Source of the DNA: an uncultured cyanobacterium
GTDB taxonomy: Bacteria > Cyanobacteriota > Cyanobacteriia > Gloeomargaritales > Gloeomargaritaceae
DNA: 32,000 nucleotides
Direction of reading: 5' to 3'
Assembly: GCA_937936705.1 (NCBI GenBank)
Contig: CALHCP010000054.1
Location: forward strand, 11,250 to 43,249
The notes under the pieces are model-generated. The model saw nothing but the letters and a program-made list of their open reading frames with translations. It ran no database searches and had not been told where the DNA came from. Shown piece after piece: positions 8,947-19,013 of this stretch (the first letter of the stretch is position 1; every line of letters starts with the position of its first letter). The position numbers and the translations under genes were made by a program.

Positions 8947-9346
8947 TCTGCTCCAAGCGGGATTCACTTACCCCGAGGGCGTGGGTTAAGTCCATCAGCA
9001 TCGTATTTTCTTCCACCAGCACAAACCCATCGGCGAGCGCAATCCGCACCGCCAACCGTATGGCCAACTCCGCCTGTTTGGTGTTGGCGACCGCCCGACA
9101 GGCCGCTCCTGCCAAGGGCGCCACCCCTTCCAGAGTCAAAATCTGCACAGCTTTGTGGGTGGCAGCCTGCGCCTCTGCCACCGGCACCCCCTGCTGCACC
9201 AGAAACTCCACCAGCTGGTCTTCTTCCTCAGGCGCCGTATGTTCATCCGCCGTCATCATCAGGACACCCACAGCGGCAATCCCTTCCCACAAACTGAGGG
9301 TCGTGTTGGCGGGAGTGCTGGAATCAAACAGGGGTTTTCCGGTCAC
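8897..9346 (-). CDS. TerB-like (tellurite-resistance TerB family) domain protein
   Basis: 149-aa acidic helical protein. The pattern VLMMTADEHTAPEEEDQLVEFL ... RIALADGFVLVEENTMLMDL resembles the paired AADG-x-E helices of TerB-like domains. Assignment is from memory only. Confidence 0.45.
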   Translation of the reverse strand: MTGKPLFDSSTPANTTLSLWEGIAAVGVLMMTADEHTAPEEEDQLVEFLVQQGVPVAEAQAATHKAVQILTLEGVAPLAGAACRAVANTKQAELAIRLAVRIALADGFVLVEENTMLMDLTHALGVSESRLEQIIQAELQMDERFRCPG

Positions 9347-9605
9347 TGCCTTGATAAAATAAACATTCCCTTTTCAGTAAATCAGAAAATTGGCCCAATT
9401 GGGTCAGGGGACGGCCATAGGACTCAACTCCAGTCAACTAACCCTTGCGAGCAGCAAAGGCGGGGGCGACCGCTATTGCCAAGCAAATGTATTAAAATAG
9501 GGAGCAGTTTGTAAAATCTTATGGGGTGATGCTGCACCCATAACGATTTTGTGTTAGTGTTTAAGACTACCTTGAACGAACCATCCCAATCACAGGTGCT
9601 TTGTC

Positions 9606-11519
9606 ATGTTGGAACAAGGAACCATTACCATCCATACCCAAAACATTTTCCCCATCATCAAAAAGTCCCTGTACTCTGACCATGAAGTCTTTTTCCGGGA
9701 ACTGGTTTCCAACGGGGTTGATGCGATCCAAAAATTAAAAATGGTCAGCTACGCCGGGGAGGCGGAACTGGGTGATTGGCAGCCGGAGATTCACATCGCC
9801 ATTGATAAAGATAAACGCACCTTAAGCATTACGGACAATGGCATTGGCATGACTGCCGACGAAGTCAAGAAGTATATTAACCAGGTGGCCTTTTCCAGTG
9901 CGGAAGAATTCATCCAAAAATATCAGGGCGGCGACCAACCTCTGATTGGGCATTTTGGGCTGGGATTTTATTCAGCTTTTATGGTGGCGCAACAGGTCGA
10001 AATTGACACCTTATCCTATCGAAAGGATGCCGAAGCCGTGCATTGGCTCTGTAGCGGTTCGCCCGAATTTGTCTTAGAATCCTCCAACCGCACCCAACGG
10101 GGCACCACCGTGACGTTGACCCTGATGGAAGGGGAAGACGAGTATTTAGACCCGCAACGGATTCGCCAACTGGTGAAAAAATACTGTGATTTTATGCCCG
10201 TACCCATTCACTTAGACGGGGAAGTCCTCAACCGACAAAAAGCCATCTGGCGTGAAGCTGCCAGTCATTTAACCAATGAAGATTACTTAGAATTTTACCG
10301 TTATCTCTATCCCTTCCAAGAAGAACCATTGCTCTGGGTGCATCTGCAAACCGACTATCCCTTTTTGTTGAATGGGATTTTATACTTTCCCAAAATGCAA
10401 CCGGATATTGATGTTACCCGCAGTCAGATCAAACTCTTTTGCAACCAGGTTTATGTGAGTGATCACTGCGAGGAGATTATTCCCAAATTTTTACTCCCCA
10501 TGCGCGGCGTGATTGACAGCCCCGATATTCCCTTGAATGTCTCTCGCAGTGCCCTGCAAATGGATCGCACGGTGCGGCGGATTGGGGATTTCATTGCCAA
10601 AAAAGTCGGGGATCGTTTGCAGGAATTGTACCAAAACGATTTTGCCCAATACACAAAAATTTGGCCGGATTTGAGCCTGTTTGTCAAATACGGTTGGATG
10701 AATGATGAAAAATTCAAAAAGCAGGTGCAGGATATTATTATCTACCGTACGACCGCAGAATTATCCCCGCAAAAGACAGGGGATGTGTGGGAAGAAGCCG
10801 GCCATAAATCCCACTACACCACCCTCAATGACTATTTAGAACGCGCCAAAAACCGCCATGAAAATCGGGTGTTTTATGCCACCGATGAAGTTGCCCAGAC
10901 CACTTACATTACCCTGCACAAAAATCAGGGTTTAGAGGTTTTATTCATGGACAGCTTTATTGACACCCATTTTATTAGCTACCTGGAGCGGGAGTATGAC
11001 AACGTTAAATTTGTGCGGGTGGATGCGGACTTGGATGCGAGTTTGATCGATGCCAGTAAATCCGCCGAAATTATTGACCCCAAAACCAACAAAACCCGCT
11101 CTGAATTGGTGCAGGAGTTGTTCAAAAAGTATCTGGATAAACCGAAGGTGACGATTCGCACCGAATCCCTAACGGGTGCGGCGCCCCCGGCGATGATTTT
11201 ACTGCCCGAAACCTTACGGCGTTTGCGGGATATGACGGCACTTTTGCAACAACAAAAAGCCGAATTTCCCGAGGAACACACCTTAGTTATCAACACTGCC
11301 CATCCCCTAGTGGAAAATCTGATCCATCTCTCCCAAGGGGGAATTATTGTGCAAGCGGGCGGCAATTCTCCCCGGGAAGAATTGATGAAAAATCTCTGCC
11401 AACACATTTACGACCTGGCCTTAATGGCACAAAAAGGCTTTGACCCGGAAGGTATGAAAAACTTTTTAGAGCGAGCCAGTCAGGTACTCACTCGCTTAAC
11501 CACCCCCGGTACGGTATGA
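9606..11519 (+). CDS. htpG: molecular chaperone HtpG (Hsp90)
   Basis: 637-aa ORF with GHKL ATPase motifs FRELVSNGVDAIQKL, ITDNGIGMT and GHFGLGFYSAFMVA. Confidence 0.95.
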   Translation: MLEQGTITIHTQNIFPIIKKSLYSDHEVFFRELVSNGVDAIQKLKMVSYAGEAELGDWQPEIHIAIDKDKRTLSITDNGIGMTADEVKKYINQVAFSSAEEFIQKYQGGDQPLIGHFGLGFYSAFMVAQQVEIDTLSYRKDAEAVHWLCSGSPEFVLESSNRTQRGTTVTLTLMEGEDEYLDPQRIRQLVKKYCDFMPVPIHLDGEVLNRQKAIWREAASHLTNEDYLEFYRYLYPFQEEPLLWVHLQTDYPFLLNGILYFPKMQPDIDVTRSQIKLFCNQVYVSDHCEEIIPKFLLPMRGVIDSPDIPLNVSRSALQMDRTVRRIGDFIAKKVGDRLQELYQNDFAQYTKIWPDLSLFVKYGWMNDEKFKKQVQDIIIYRTTAELSPQKTGDVWEEAGHKSHYTTLNDYLERAKNRHENRVFYATDEVAQTTYITLHKNQGLEVLFMDSFIDTHFISYLEREYDNVKFVRVDADLDASLIDASKSAEIIDPKTNKTRSELVQELFKKYLDKPKVTIRTESLTGAAPPAMILLPETLRRLRDMTALLQQQKAEFPEEHTLVINTAHPLVENLIHLSQGGIIVQAGGNSPREELMKNLCQHIYDLALMAQKGFDPEGMKNFLERASQVLTRLTTPGTV

Positions 11520-12733
11520 TTTTCCAAAAAGTCCGGTCAAAAATTGCCCCCCAAGCTGCTTATGTTCACATTCCTTTTTGTCGGCAGCGATGCCATTATT
11601 GTGACTTTCCGGTGATTGTGGACGATAAGGCGGGTTCCCGGCGACGTTCCCAGTATTTGGCAACCCTGCGCCGGGAAATTCAATTGACGCCGGGGCGCGG
11701 GCAGCCCTTAACTTCGGTATTCTTTGGGGGGGGCACCCCTTCTCTGTTAACTCCCGAGGAATTGGGGCAGATTTTAGAGGATTTAGAACAGCAATTTGGC
11801 TTCGCAGAAGGGATCGAAATTTCCCTAGAGGCTGACCCCGGCACACCTGGCATTGACTACTTAAAAGAATATCAGGAATTGGGGGTGAATCGTTTGAGTT
11901 TAGGGGTGCAAAGTTTTGTCCCGAAATTACTGCAAATCAGCGGTCGGACGCATACGGTTGATGATATTCATACGGCCATCGGTAAAATTAAAGCCTGTCA
12001 CTGGGAAAATTGGAGTTTAGACTTAATTCAAGGCTTGCCCGGACAGACGTTACAACAATGGCAATTCAGTTTAGAACAAGCCGTATCCGCCCAACCGAAA
12101 CATATTTCTGCTTATGACCTGACCCTAGAACCGAAAACCCGTTTTTATCGAGAATACCCAGAGGATTCCCCGGCATTACCCGGCGAAGAATTAACGGCAA
12201 AAATGTATTGTGTTGCCCATGAATTTTTAGAAGGTCAGGGGTTGATTCACTACGAAATTTCTAATTATGCTCAGCCGGGTTATGAATGCCGTCACAATCT
12301 CACCTATTGGCGCAACCAACCCTATTACGCTTTTGGCTTAGGAGCGACCAGTTACTTTGACCAAGTCCGATTTCAACGGCCTGACCGCATTAAAGCCTAT
12401 TGTGAATGGGTTGAACGACAAGCCTTTTTTGGAGCAGTGGATATGCTGGATTATCCCCTCAGTCAGAAAGATATATTATTAGAAAGTTTGATGCTCGGTT
12501 TGCGCCTCAAAGAAGGAATTAACTTAATCCAACTACTGAAACCGTTTGCCTCCGGATTAAAAGATATGCTTGAAAATATCATCCTCAGTACATTTAAGCG
12601 TTTTCAAGCCGAAGGATGGATGGGGAATAAGCGCAATCAATGGTTCCTGATCCCCCCGCAAGGCTTTCTGATGTCCAATTTGATTTTGAGCCACCTATGG
12701 TTGGATTTTGATCAAATTACGATCTTGGATTAA
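11516..12733 (+). CDS. hemW: radical SAM heme chaperone HemW (HemN-like, coproporphyrinogen oxidase family)
   Basis: 405-aa ORF with the radical SAM motif YVHIPFCRQRCHYCDF near the N-terminus and FFGGGTPS. The length fits HemW rather than HemN. Its start overlaps the htpG stop (ATGA). Confidence 0.8.
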   Translation: MIFQKVRSKIAPQAAYVHIPFCRQRCHYCDFPVIVDDKAGSRRRSQYLATLRREIQLTPGRGQPLTSVFFGGGTPSLLTPEELGQILEDLEQQFGFAEGIEISLEADPGTPGIDYLKEYQELGVNRLSLGVQSFVPKLLQISGRTHTVDDIHTAIGKIKACHWENWSLDLIQGLPGQTLQQWQFSLEQAVSAQPKHISAYDLTLEPKTRFYREYPEDSPALPGEELTAKMYCVAHEFLEGQGLIHYEISNYAQPGYECRHNLTYWRNQPYYAFGLGATSYFDQVRFQRPDRIKAYCEWVERQAFFGAVDMLDYPLSQKDILLESLMLGLRLKEGINLIQLLKPFASGLKDMLENIILSTFKRFQAEGWMGNKRNQWFLIPPQGFLMSNLILSHLWLDFDQITILD

Positions 12734-12853
12734 GGGAACCTCTATCAATTACCGATCAGCGGTCGCAGGGGCGCAGCCCCCGACTTCGGTTCTCGCTCTA
12801 TTCGGTGTTCTAGCGAGATCATTTTCTGCGGGTTGCCATAAATAGAAGTGCCC
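12734..12853 (+). mobile_element. copy B, the best-preserved 120-nt MITE-like element: imperfect 12-bp terminal inverted repeats, TTAA on both flanks, internal GC hairpin
   Basis: 5' GGGAACCTCTAT (12734-12745) versus 3' ATAGAAGTGCCC (12842-12853) gives 10/12 as inverted repeats. TTAA lies at 12730-12733 and 12854-12857. The hairpin at 12762-12784 pairs GTCG/CGAC and GGGG/CCCC with loop CGCAG. No ORF of its own. Confidence 0.55.
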
Positions 12854-12966
12854 TTAATCAACTTAATTCGGCTCATGGGAGACGGTAGCCAATGTCCCTT
12901 ATCCCAGAGCAGGGTGAATAACCGGTGCCCCACTCGCCGAACCTATGGGTTGATGGCGACTGAAAA

Positions 12967-14019
12967 CTACAACAACGGCAACTGTTGCGCCGGTGGCGTG
13001 CGTCCCAAATGCACCCAGGCGGGGGGGAGAGCCATTCTGCCTCTCGGTGTTCGTTGCAAGTACCCTATTTGCATCAGATAGGGTTCATACACATCTTCAA
13101 TGGTTTGGGGGTCTTCACCGGTCATGGCCGCCAGGGTATCTAAACCCGCCGGCCCCCCCTGAAATTGCTCGATTAAAACGGTCAACAAGGTCCGATCCAC
13201 CCCGTCCAACCCCTGGGGATCAACGGCTAAGAGTTCTAACGCCGTGCCTGCCAATTCCGGGGTAATTATTTCCACATTTTGTATTTGGGCATAATCCCGC
13301 ACCCGTTTTAATAAGCGATTGGCAATTCTGGGCGTCCCCCGTGACCGTTGGGCAATGGTTTCTGCGCCTAGGGCAGTAATTTGCATGTTTAATAGCTGCG
13401 CCGTGCGGGTGATAATCTGCGCCAACTCCGCTACCGTATAAAAACGCAGTTTCTGCACCAGCCCAAACCGATCCCGCAGGGGCGAACTCAAAGCTCCCAC
13501 CCGCGTCGTCGCCCCCACCAAGGTAAATTTGGGCAAAGTTAACGAGCGGGTGCGGGCAGTGGTTCCCTTGCCCACCGTCACGTCCAGCCGGAAATCCTCC
13601 ATCGCTGCATAGAGGGTTTCTTCCGTGACCCGCGGCAGACGATGAATTTCATCAACGAAGAGAATGTCCCCCGGTTCTAAATTGACCAGCAGACCGACAA
13701 TATCCCGCGGCCGTTCCAAGGAAGGCCCACTGGTGATATGGCACTGCCGCCCCATTTCCTGCGCCAAAATCAACGCCAGGGTGGTTTTCCCCAACCCCGG
13801 CGGTCCATACAACAGCAGGTGGTCTAGGGGTTCCCCCCGCACCTTGGCTGCCCCTACCGCAATGCTCAGGATTTGTTTCAGTTCCGTTTGCCCCAAGTAT
13901 TCCTCTAAAGACCGAGGCCGCAGAGAGTCCTCCGGAAGCACCGGGGTGTCCTGCGGCGTGGCTTGGGGCTTTAAGAGCGGATTGCGCCCCCCCTCATCCT
14001 GGGAGGAGACAATCGCCAT
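12967..14019 (-). CDS. ruvB: Holliday junction branch migration DNA helicase RuvB
   Basis: 350-aa ORF with Walker [12 protein letters not shown], Walker B FVDEIHRL, and a typical RuvB C-terminus [18 protein letters not shown]. Confidence 0.95.
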   Translation of the reverse strand: MAIVSSQDEGGRNPLLKPQATPQDTPVLPEDSLRPRSLEEYLGQTELKQILSIAVGAAKVRGEPLDHLLLYGPPGLGKTTLALILAQEMGRQCHITSGPSLERPRDIVGLLVNLEPGDILFVDEIHRLPRVTEETLYAAMEDFRLDVTVGKGTTARTRSLTLPKFTLVGATTRVGALSSPLRDRFGLVQKLRFYTVAELAQIITRTAQLLNMQITALGAETIAQRSRGTPRIANRLLKRVRDYAQIQNVEIITPELAGTALELLAVDPQGLDGVDRTLLTVLIEQFQGGPAGLDTLAAMTGEDPQTIEDVYEPYLMQIGYLQRTPRGRMALPPAWVHLGRTPPAQQLPLL

Positions 14020-14021
14020 GA

Positions 14022-14345
14022 TCAGGTCGGCAATTTCACTTCGATGTCCACCCCGGCAGGCAAATCCAGCTTCATCAGAGCATCAATCGTCTTGGGCTGC
14101 GGCTGATAAATGTCAATAATCCGCCGGTGGGTGCGGCTCTCGAAATGTTCGCGGGAATCCTTATCCACATGGGGTGAACGCAACAGGCAATAAATCCGCC
14201 GCTTCGTGGGGAGGGGGATCGGCCCCACCGCATGGGCTTGAGTCCGGTTTACCGTGTCCATGATCCGCTCACAGGACGTATCCAACAGGCGGTGGTCATA
14301 CGCCTGGAGCCGGATGCGGATGGTTTGTTTGGTCAAAGGGGCCAT
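14022..14345 (-). CDS. rpsJ: 30S ribosomal protein S10
   Basis: [14 protein letters not shown]...[15 protein letters not shown] is canonical S10. I place the start at the internal ATG (14345-14343, [13 protein letters not shown]). The 18-codon N-terminal extension in the track ORF is not S10-like. Confidence 0.93.
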   Translation of the reverse strand: MAPLTKQTIRIRLQAYDHRLLDTSCERIMDTVNRTQAHAVGPIPLPTKRRIYCLLRSPHVDKDSREHFESRTHRRIIDIYQPQPKTIDALMKLDLPAGVDIEVKLPT

Positions 14346-14400
14346 AACAATTACTCCCAAAGGCGGGGGAATCCCGGAAAGACTCCCCCTGTGCAACAAG

Positions 14401-15630
14401 TTAGGTCAGGATTTTGGTCACCACACCGGCACCGATGGTACGCCCACCTTCCCGGATGGCAAACCGCATCCCCTGCTCAATGGCAATAGGATGGATCAGC
14501 TCCACGGTCATTTTGATCCGGTCCCCCGGCATGACCATTTCCACGTTTTTGCCATCGTCGCTGGTGTAGGCCTTGATCGTGCCGGTCACATCGGTCGTCC
14601 GCACGTAAAACTGGGGCTTGTACCCGGAGAAAAAGGGCGTATGCCGTCCCCCTTCCTCTTTTTTCAGCACGTACACTTCCGATTCAAACTCCGTGTGGGG
14701 CTTAATCGTGCCGGGTTTGGCCATCACCATCCCCCGCTCAATATCGGTTTTTTGAATCCCCCGCAACAGCATCCCCACATTGTCCCCGGCGATGCCTTCC
14801 TCCAGGGTTTTTTGGAACATTTCCAAACCGGTGACGGTAACGGTACGGGTTTCCCGCAGACCAACAATTTCCACCGTTTCACCCACTTTCACCTTGCCCC
14901 GCTCGATCCGACCGGTGGCCACCGTCCCCCGCCCGGTGATGGAGAACACATCTTCCACCGCCATCAGGAAGGGTTTGTCAATTTCCCGTTCCGGCGTCTT
15001 GATGTAGCTGTCCACCGCATCCATCAAGTCATAGATTTTGTCCACCCATTCATTCTCGCCGCGCTGGGTATTGGGATTGGCCTGCATCGCTTCCAACGCC
15101 TTGAGCCCAGACCCGCGAATAATGGGAATCTCATCCCCCGGAAAGTCGTAGTTGCTCAGCAATTCCCGGAGTTCCAGTTCCACCAGCTCCAGCAGTTCCT
15201 CGTCCTCGGCCATGTCCACCTTGTTCAGGAACACCACGATGTTGGGCACCCCCACCTGTTTAGCCAACAGGATATGCTCCCGGGTCTGGGGCATCGGCCC
15301 GTCCGTCGCCGCCACCACCAGAATCGCCCCGTCCATCTGCGCCGCCCCGGTGATCATGTTCTTCACGTAGTCGGCGTGGCCGGGGCAGTCCACGTGGGCG
15401 TAGTGACGATTTTCCGTCTCGTACTCCACGTGAGCCGTATTGATGGTAATCCCGCGGGCTTTCTCCTCGGGAGCCGCATCAATCTCGTCGTACTTGCGAG
15501 CCTTCGCCTTACCCTGAGCCGCCAAGGTCATGGTGATCGCCGCCGTCAGGGTGGTTTTGCCGTGATCCACGTGGCCGATGGTGCCGATATTCACGTGGGG
15601 CTTGGTTCGTTCGAATTTTGCGCGTGCCAT
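14401..15630 (-). CDS. tuf: translation elongation factor Tu
   Basis: 409-aa ORF: [43 protein letters not shown]. Confidence 0.98.
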   Translation of the reverse strand: MARAKFERTKPHVNIGTIGHVDHGKTTLTAAITMTLAAQGKAKARKYDEIDAAPEEKARGITINTAHVEYETENRHYAHVDCPGHADYVKNMITGAAQMDGAILVVAATDGPMPQTREHILLAKQVGVPNIVVFLNKVDMAEDEELLELVELELRELLSNYDFPGDEIPIIRGSGLKALEAMQANPNTQRGENEWVDKIYDLMDAVDSYIKTPEREIDKPFLMAVEDVFSITGRGTVATGRIERGKVKVGETVEIVGLRETRTVTVTGLEMFQKTLEEGIAGDNVGMLLRGIQKTDIERGMVMAKPGTIKPHTEFESEVYVLKKEEGGRHTPFFSGYKPQFYVRTTDVTGTIKAYTSDDGKNVEMVMPGDRIKMTVELIHPIAIEQGMRFAIREGGRTIGAGVVTKILT

Positions 15631-15651
15631 GGATGTCGTGTCCCTCTGTAA

Positions 15652-17769
15652 TTAAGCGTTCCCTTTTGCTTTGATGATGGTTTCGGCCACGTTACGCGGC
15701 ACCTCATCATAGTGACTGAACTCCATTGTAAAAACACCCCGTCCCTGTGTCATCGACCGGATGTCCGTAGCGTAGCCAAACATTTCCGCTAGGGGGACTT
15801 TGGCTGTCACCTTCGCCAACCCAGCTTCGGAGGACATACCCTCAATTTGACCACGGCGGGAGTTCAGATTACCCATAATATCACCTAAGAAGTTTTCTGG
15901 CACCTCCACTTCCACTTTCATCATCGGCTCCAGTAACACCGGCGCACATTTCATCACCCCTTCCTTGATGGCAATGGAACCGGCAAACTTAAACGCCATT
16001 TCCGAAGAGTCCACATCGTGGTAAGAGCCGTCGATCAAGGTCACCTTCAGGTCGATCACCGGATAACCGGCTAAAATGCCCCCCTCACAGGCTTCCCGAA
16101 TCCCCTGCTCCACCGGCGGAATGTACTCCTTGGGAATCACCCCCCCGACAATTTTGGAAACAAACTCCAGACCGGTACCGGGTTCCGCCGGCTCGACTTC
16201 GATGACCACATGGCCGTACTGCCCCTTACCCCCACTTTGGCGGATATACTTGCCTTCTTGGGTGGTTTTCTTGCGAATCGTCTCCCGGTAGGCCACCTGG
16301 GGATTGCCCACATTGGCCTCCACGTTAAATTCCCGCAACATCCGATCCACCAGGATCTCCAGATGCAGTTCCCCCATCCCGGAAATAATCGTTTGGTTGG
16401 TTTCCGCATCCACCGCCACCCGGAAGGTGGGGTCTTCCTTGGAAAGCGATTGCAACGCCTTGGACAACTTGTCAATATCCGCTTTGGTTTTGGGTTCAAT
16501 CGCCACGGAAATCACCGGTTCGGGAATGAACAAGGTTTCCAAAATCACCGGGTGGTTCTCATCACAGAGGGTATCCCCGGTGATCGTGTCTTTCAAGCCC
16601 AAAACTGCCCCCAAATCCCCGGCACGCAGTTCTTCCACCTCTTGCCGCTCATCCGCCTTCAGCACCACCAGGCGCGAGAGCCGTTCCTTTTTCCCCTTGG
16701 TGGAATTGAGCACATAGGTGCCCCGCTGCATCACGCCGGAATAGACCCGCACAAAGGTCAAATCCCCGAATTTATCCGACATGATCTTAAACGCCAGCGC
16801 CGACAGGGGTTCGTTATCATCGGCGTGCCGCTCCACCTCTTCCCCGTTGGGCAAAGTCCCTTTGATGGCGGGAATATCAATCGGCGAAGGCAAATAATCC
16901 AACACCGCATCCAGCAACAGTTGCACGCCTTTATTCTTGAAGGCAGAACCGCACAACATCGGCACCATTTTGCCCGCAATGGTGGCCTTGCGGATGGCCG
17001 TGCGGATTTCTGCCTCCGTCAGTTCTTCCCCTTCCAAATACTTTTCCGTCAGGGCATCATCGGTTTCGGCGGCCGCTTCCACCAGCTTGGCGCGGAATTC
17101 CTGGGCTTTCTCCATCAGTTCAGCGGGAATGGCCACCTTGCGAATGTCCTTGCCGATGTCGTCAAAGTACTGGAAGGCACACATCCGCACCAGGTCAACC
17201 ACCCCCTGGAACTGGTCTTCCGTCCCGATGGGCAGTTGAATCGGCACCGCATTGGCGCGCAAGCGATCCCGCACCTGGTCATAAACTTTGTAAAAATTCG
17301 CCCCGGAGCGGTCCATCTTGTTCACAAAAATAATCCGGGGCACCTTGTAACGATCCGCCTGCCGCCAGACGGTCTCGGTCTGGGGTTGCACCCCGCCCAC
17401 GGAGCAAAGCACGGTAATCACCCCGTCCAACACCCGCATGGAGCGTTCCACCTCGATGGTGAAATCCACGTGGCCGGGCGTGTCAATGATGTTAATGGCA
17501 TACTCCGGTTCACCGGCCAGGGGCTGGGATGGGTCATCCGGGTTGCGCTTCGTCCAGCGGGTGCTGATGGCGGCCGCCGTGATGGTAATCCCCCGTTCCC
17601 GTTCCTGCGCCATCCAGTCCGTCACCGAGGTGCCTTCGTGGACTTCCCCCATTTTGTGTACCAGCCCGGAATAAAATAAAATCCGTTCGGTAGTGGTGGT
17701 TTTACCGGCATCAATGTGGGCGGCAATGCCCATATTCCGCACACGTTCAATTGGGGTCGTTCGAGCCAC
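15652..17769 (-). CDS. fusA: translation elongation factor G
   Basis: [23 protein letters not shown] and NKMDR motifs. The start is set at the GTG at 17769-17767, giving (M)[20 protein letters not shown] lies 5 nt upstream (reverse complement of 17775-17780). The longer track ORF start at 17808 is not EF-G-like. Confidence 0.95.
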   Translation of the reverse strand: MARTTPIERVRNMGIAAHIDAGKTTTTERILFYSGLVHKMGEVHEGTSVTDWMAQERERGITITAAAISTRWTKRNPDDPSQPLAGEPEYAINIIDTPGHVDFTIEVERSMRVLDGVITVLCSVGGVQPQTETVWRQADRYKVPRIIFVNKMDRSGANFYKVYDQVRDRLRANAVPIQLPIGTEDQFQGVVDLVRMCAFQYFDDIGKDIRKVAIPAELMEKAQEFRAKLVEAAAETDDALTEKYLEGEELTEAEIRTAIRKATIAGKMVPMLCGSAFKNKGVQLLLDAVLDYLPSPIDIPAIKGTLPNGEEVERHADDNEPLSALAFKIMSDKFGDLTFVRVYSGVMQRGTYVLNSTKGKKERLSRLVVLKADERQEVEELRAGDLGAVLGLKDTITGDTLCDENHPVILETLFIPEPVISVAIEPKTKADIDKLSKALQSLSKEDPTFRVAVDAETNQTIISGMGELHLEILVDRMLREFNVEANVGNPQVAYRETIRKKTTQEGKYIRQSGGKGQYGHVVIEVEPAEPGTGLEFVSKIVGGVIPKEYIPPVEQGIREACEGGILAGYPVIDLKVTLIDGSYHDVDSSEMAFKFAGSIAIKEGVMKCAPVLLEPMMKVEVEVPENFLGDIMGNLNSRRGQIEGMSSEAGLAKVTAKVPLAEMFGYATDIRSMTQGRGVFTMEFSHYDEVPRNVAETIIKAKGNA

Positions 17770-17853
17770 GGCTTCCTCCTGGGTTACCTGGAAATGAAAT
17801 GAGTCCAATATCCGTTACAAATTTTATCCTTTTTTGGGAATTGCCGTAGGGCG

Positions 17854-18324
17854 TCAGTACCGGTAATGGGCAAAGGCTTTGTTGGACTCGGCCATCCGGT
17901 GGGTTTCTTCCCGCTTTTTGATGGATGCCCCGGTTTCGTTGGCCGCATCCATCAGTTCGTTGGCCAGTTTGATCGCCATGGTTTTGCCGTGGCGCTGGCG
18001 GGAGTAATGGGTCAGCCACCGCATGGCCAGCGCCGTGCCCCGGTCGCTGCGCACTTCCACCGGCACTTGGTAGGTGGCTCCCCCCACCCGGCGGGCTTTG
18101 ACTTCCACCAAGGGGGTCGCGTTCCGTACCGCCTTCTCTAAGGTTTCAATCGGGTCGTTGCCGGTACGCTCCTGAATGGTCTCCAGGGCTTGATAAACCA
18201 AACGATAGGCCAGGTTTTTCTTGCCGCGCTTGAGGATGTGGGAAACCAGAATGTTCACCAAGCGACTGTTGTACTGGGGGTCGGCTCCCACAGGACGGCG
18301 TTTCACACGGCGACGACGGGACAT
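17854..18324 (-). CDS. rpsG: 30S ribosomal protein S7
   Basis: 156-aa ORF: [23 protein letters not shown]...[16 protein letters not shown] is canonical S7. Confidence 0.96.
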   Translation of the reverse strand: MSRRRRVKRRPVGADPQYNSRLVNILVSHILKRGKKNLAYRLVYQALETIQERTGNDPIETLEKAVRNATPLVEVKARRVGGATYQVPVEVRSDRGTALAMRWLTHYSRQRHGKTMAIKLANELMDAANETGASIKKREETHRMAESNKAFAHYRY

Positions 18325-18371
18325 AGGTGTTAGGCAAAATCCATAAACAACAACATCAGCCTGACTGAGCC

Positions 18372-18797
18372 TTACTTTTTCTTGCCGGCAGGGGCGCTGG
18401 CTTGTCCCGGTTTGGGGCGTTTGACCCCGTACTTGGAACGGCCTTGGTTGCGGGCAGGAATTTGGTTGGGATGTTTCACCCCGGCGGCATCCAACGTGCC
18501 CCGAATGATGTGATACCGTACGCCGGGTAAATCCTTCACCCGACCGCCCCGGATCAGCACCACCGAGTGTTCCTGCAGATTGTGCCCAATCCCCGGAATA
18601 TAAGAAGTCACCTCAAACCCGGAGGTAAGCCGTACCCGCGCCACTTTCCGCAGGGCAGAGTTGGGCTTTTTCGGGGTGGTGGTGTACACCCGGGTGCAAA
18701 CCCCCCGTCGTTGGGGGCAACTTTTTAGGGCAGGGGATTTAGTTTTGCGTTTCAGGCTTTCCCGCTCGGAACGCACCAACTGTTGAATAGTGGGCAT
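18372..18797 (-). CDS. rpsL: 30S ribosomal protein S12, a long form of 141 aa
   Basis: [13 protein letters not shown]...[59 protein letters not shown] is canonical S12. The C-terminal region carries an insertion and an extension (see findings). Confidence 0.95.
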   Translation of the reverse strand: MPTIQQLVRSERESLKRKTKSPALKSCPQRRGVCTRVYTTTPKKPNSALRKVARVRLTSGFEVTSYIPGIGHNLQEHSVVLIRGGRVKDLPGVRYHIIRGTLDAAGVKHPNQIPARNQGRSKYGVKRPKPGQASAPAGKKK

Positions 18798-18947
18798 GCA
18801 ATCTGAATTTAAGCAGCAATTCCCAATTATGCCAAAGCCGTGGGTTCTTTGTCAAATGCTGGCCCCCATGTGTCTGAATGGCGGTTCCTTCAGGACTGAC
18901 GCAGGACATCGCCGGGGGACTCCCCGGCTCCGGTGCGCTTACCATAG

Positions 18948-18990
18948 AATAACCCTGTACACATAATTAATAACCCTGTACACATAATTA
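18948..18990. repeat. perfect tandem duplication of a 21-nt unit (TAACCCTGTACACATAATTAA) in the rpsL / 19014 divergent intergenic region
   Basis: AATAACCCTGTACACATAATTA at 18948-18969 repeats exactly at 18969-18990. Each unit contains the palindrome TGTACA (18956-18961 and 18977-18982), 21 bp apart. Confidence 0.9.
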
Positions 18991-19013
18991 CCCGACAACT
19001 TGATGGCAATCTG

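Noticed and set aside
9347-9605. A CIRCE/HrcA operator upstream of htpG.
   Set aside because: No TTAGCACTC-N9-GAGTGCTAA-like sequence is present. The only inverted repeat (9519-9543) has unrelated sequence.
5077-12795. Whether the GC-hairpin repeats (GCGGTCGCAGGGGCGCAG...CGAC) could be CRISPR repeats.
   Set aside because: The copies are kilobases apart or irregularly spaced. They are embedded in longer homologous blocks, differ in sequence, occur on both strands, and no cas genes are present in the window.
14346-14399. N-terminal extensions in the ORF track for rpsJ (to 14399), fusA (to 17808), sqdX (from 20023) and the secreted protein (from 19540).
   Set aside because: The extra residues do not match the conserved N-termini of these families. 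Internal ATG/GTG starts reproduce the canonical N-termini: MAPLTKQ.., (M)[11 protein letters not shown] with AGGAGG upstream, MRVALFTETF, and a signal peptide starting MNK.
14254-15651. 465-aa ORF on the plus strand antisense to tuf. Similar long antisense ORFs lie at 16210-17679 (opposite fusA), 22289-23737 (opposite dxs), 6594-7172 (opposite sir), 7449-8027 (opposite cysH) and 28236-28910 (opposite acr3/arsC).
   Set aside because: Each lies fully inside a confidently identified conserved gene on the other strand. Their translations are low-complexity and His/Arg/Pro/Gly-rich, with no motifs. This is the typical shadow-ORF behaviour of GC-rich coding sequence.
18956-18982. An NtcA site (TGTA-N8-TACA) at the TGTACA tandem repeat.
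   Set aside because: Eight nucleotides after each TGTA the sequence is TAAT, not TACA. The two palindromes are 21 bp apart, which does not fit the NtcA geometry.
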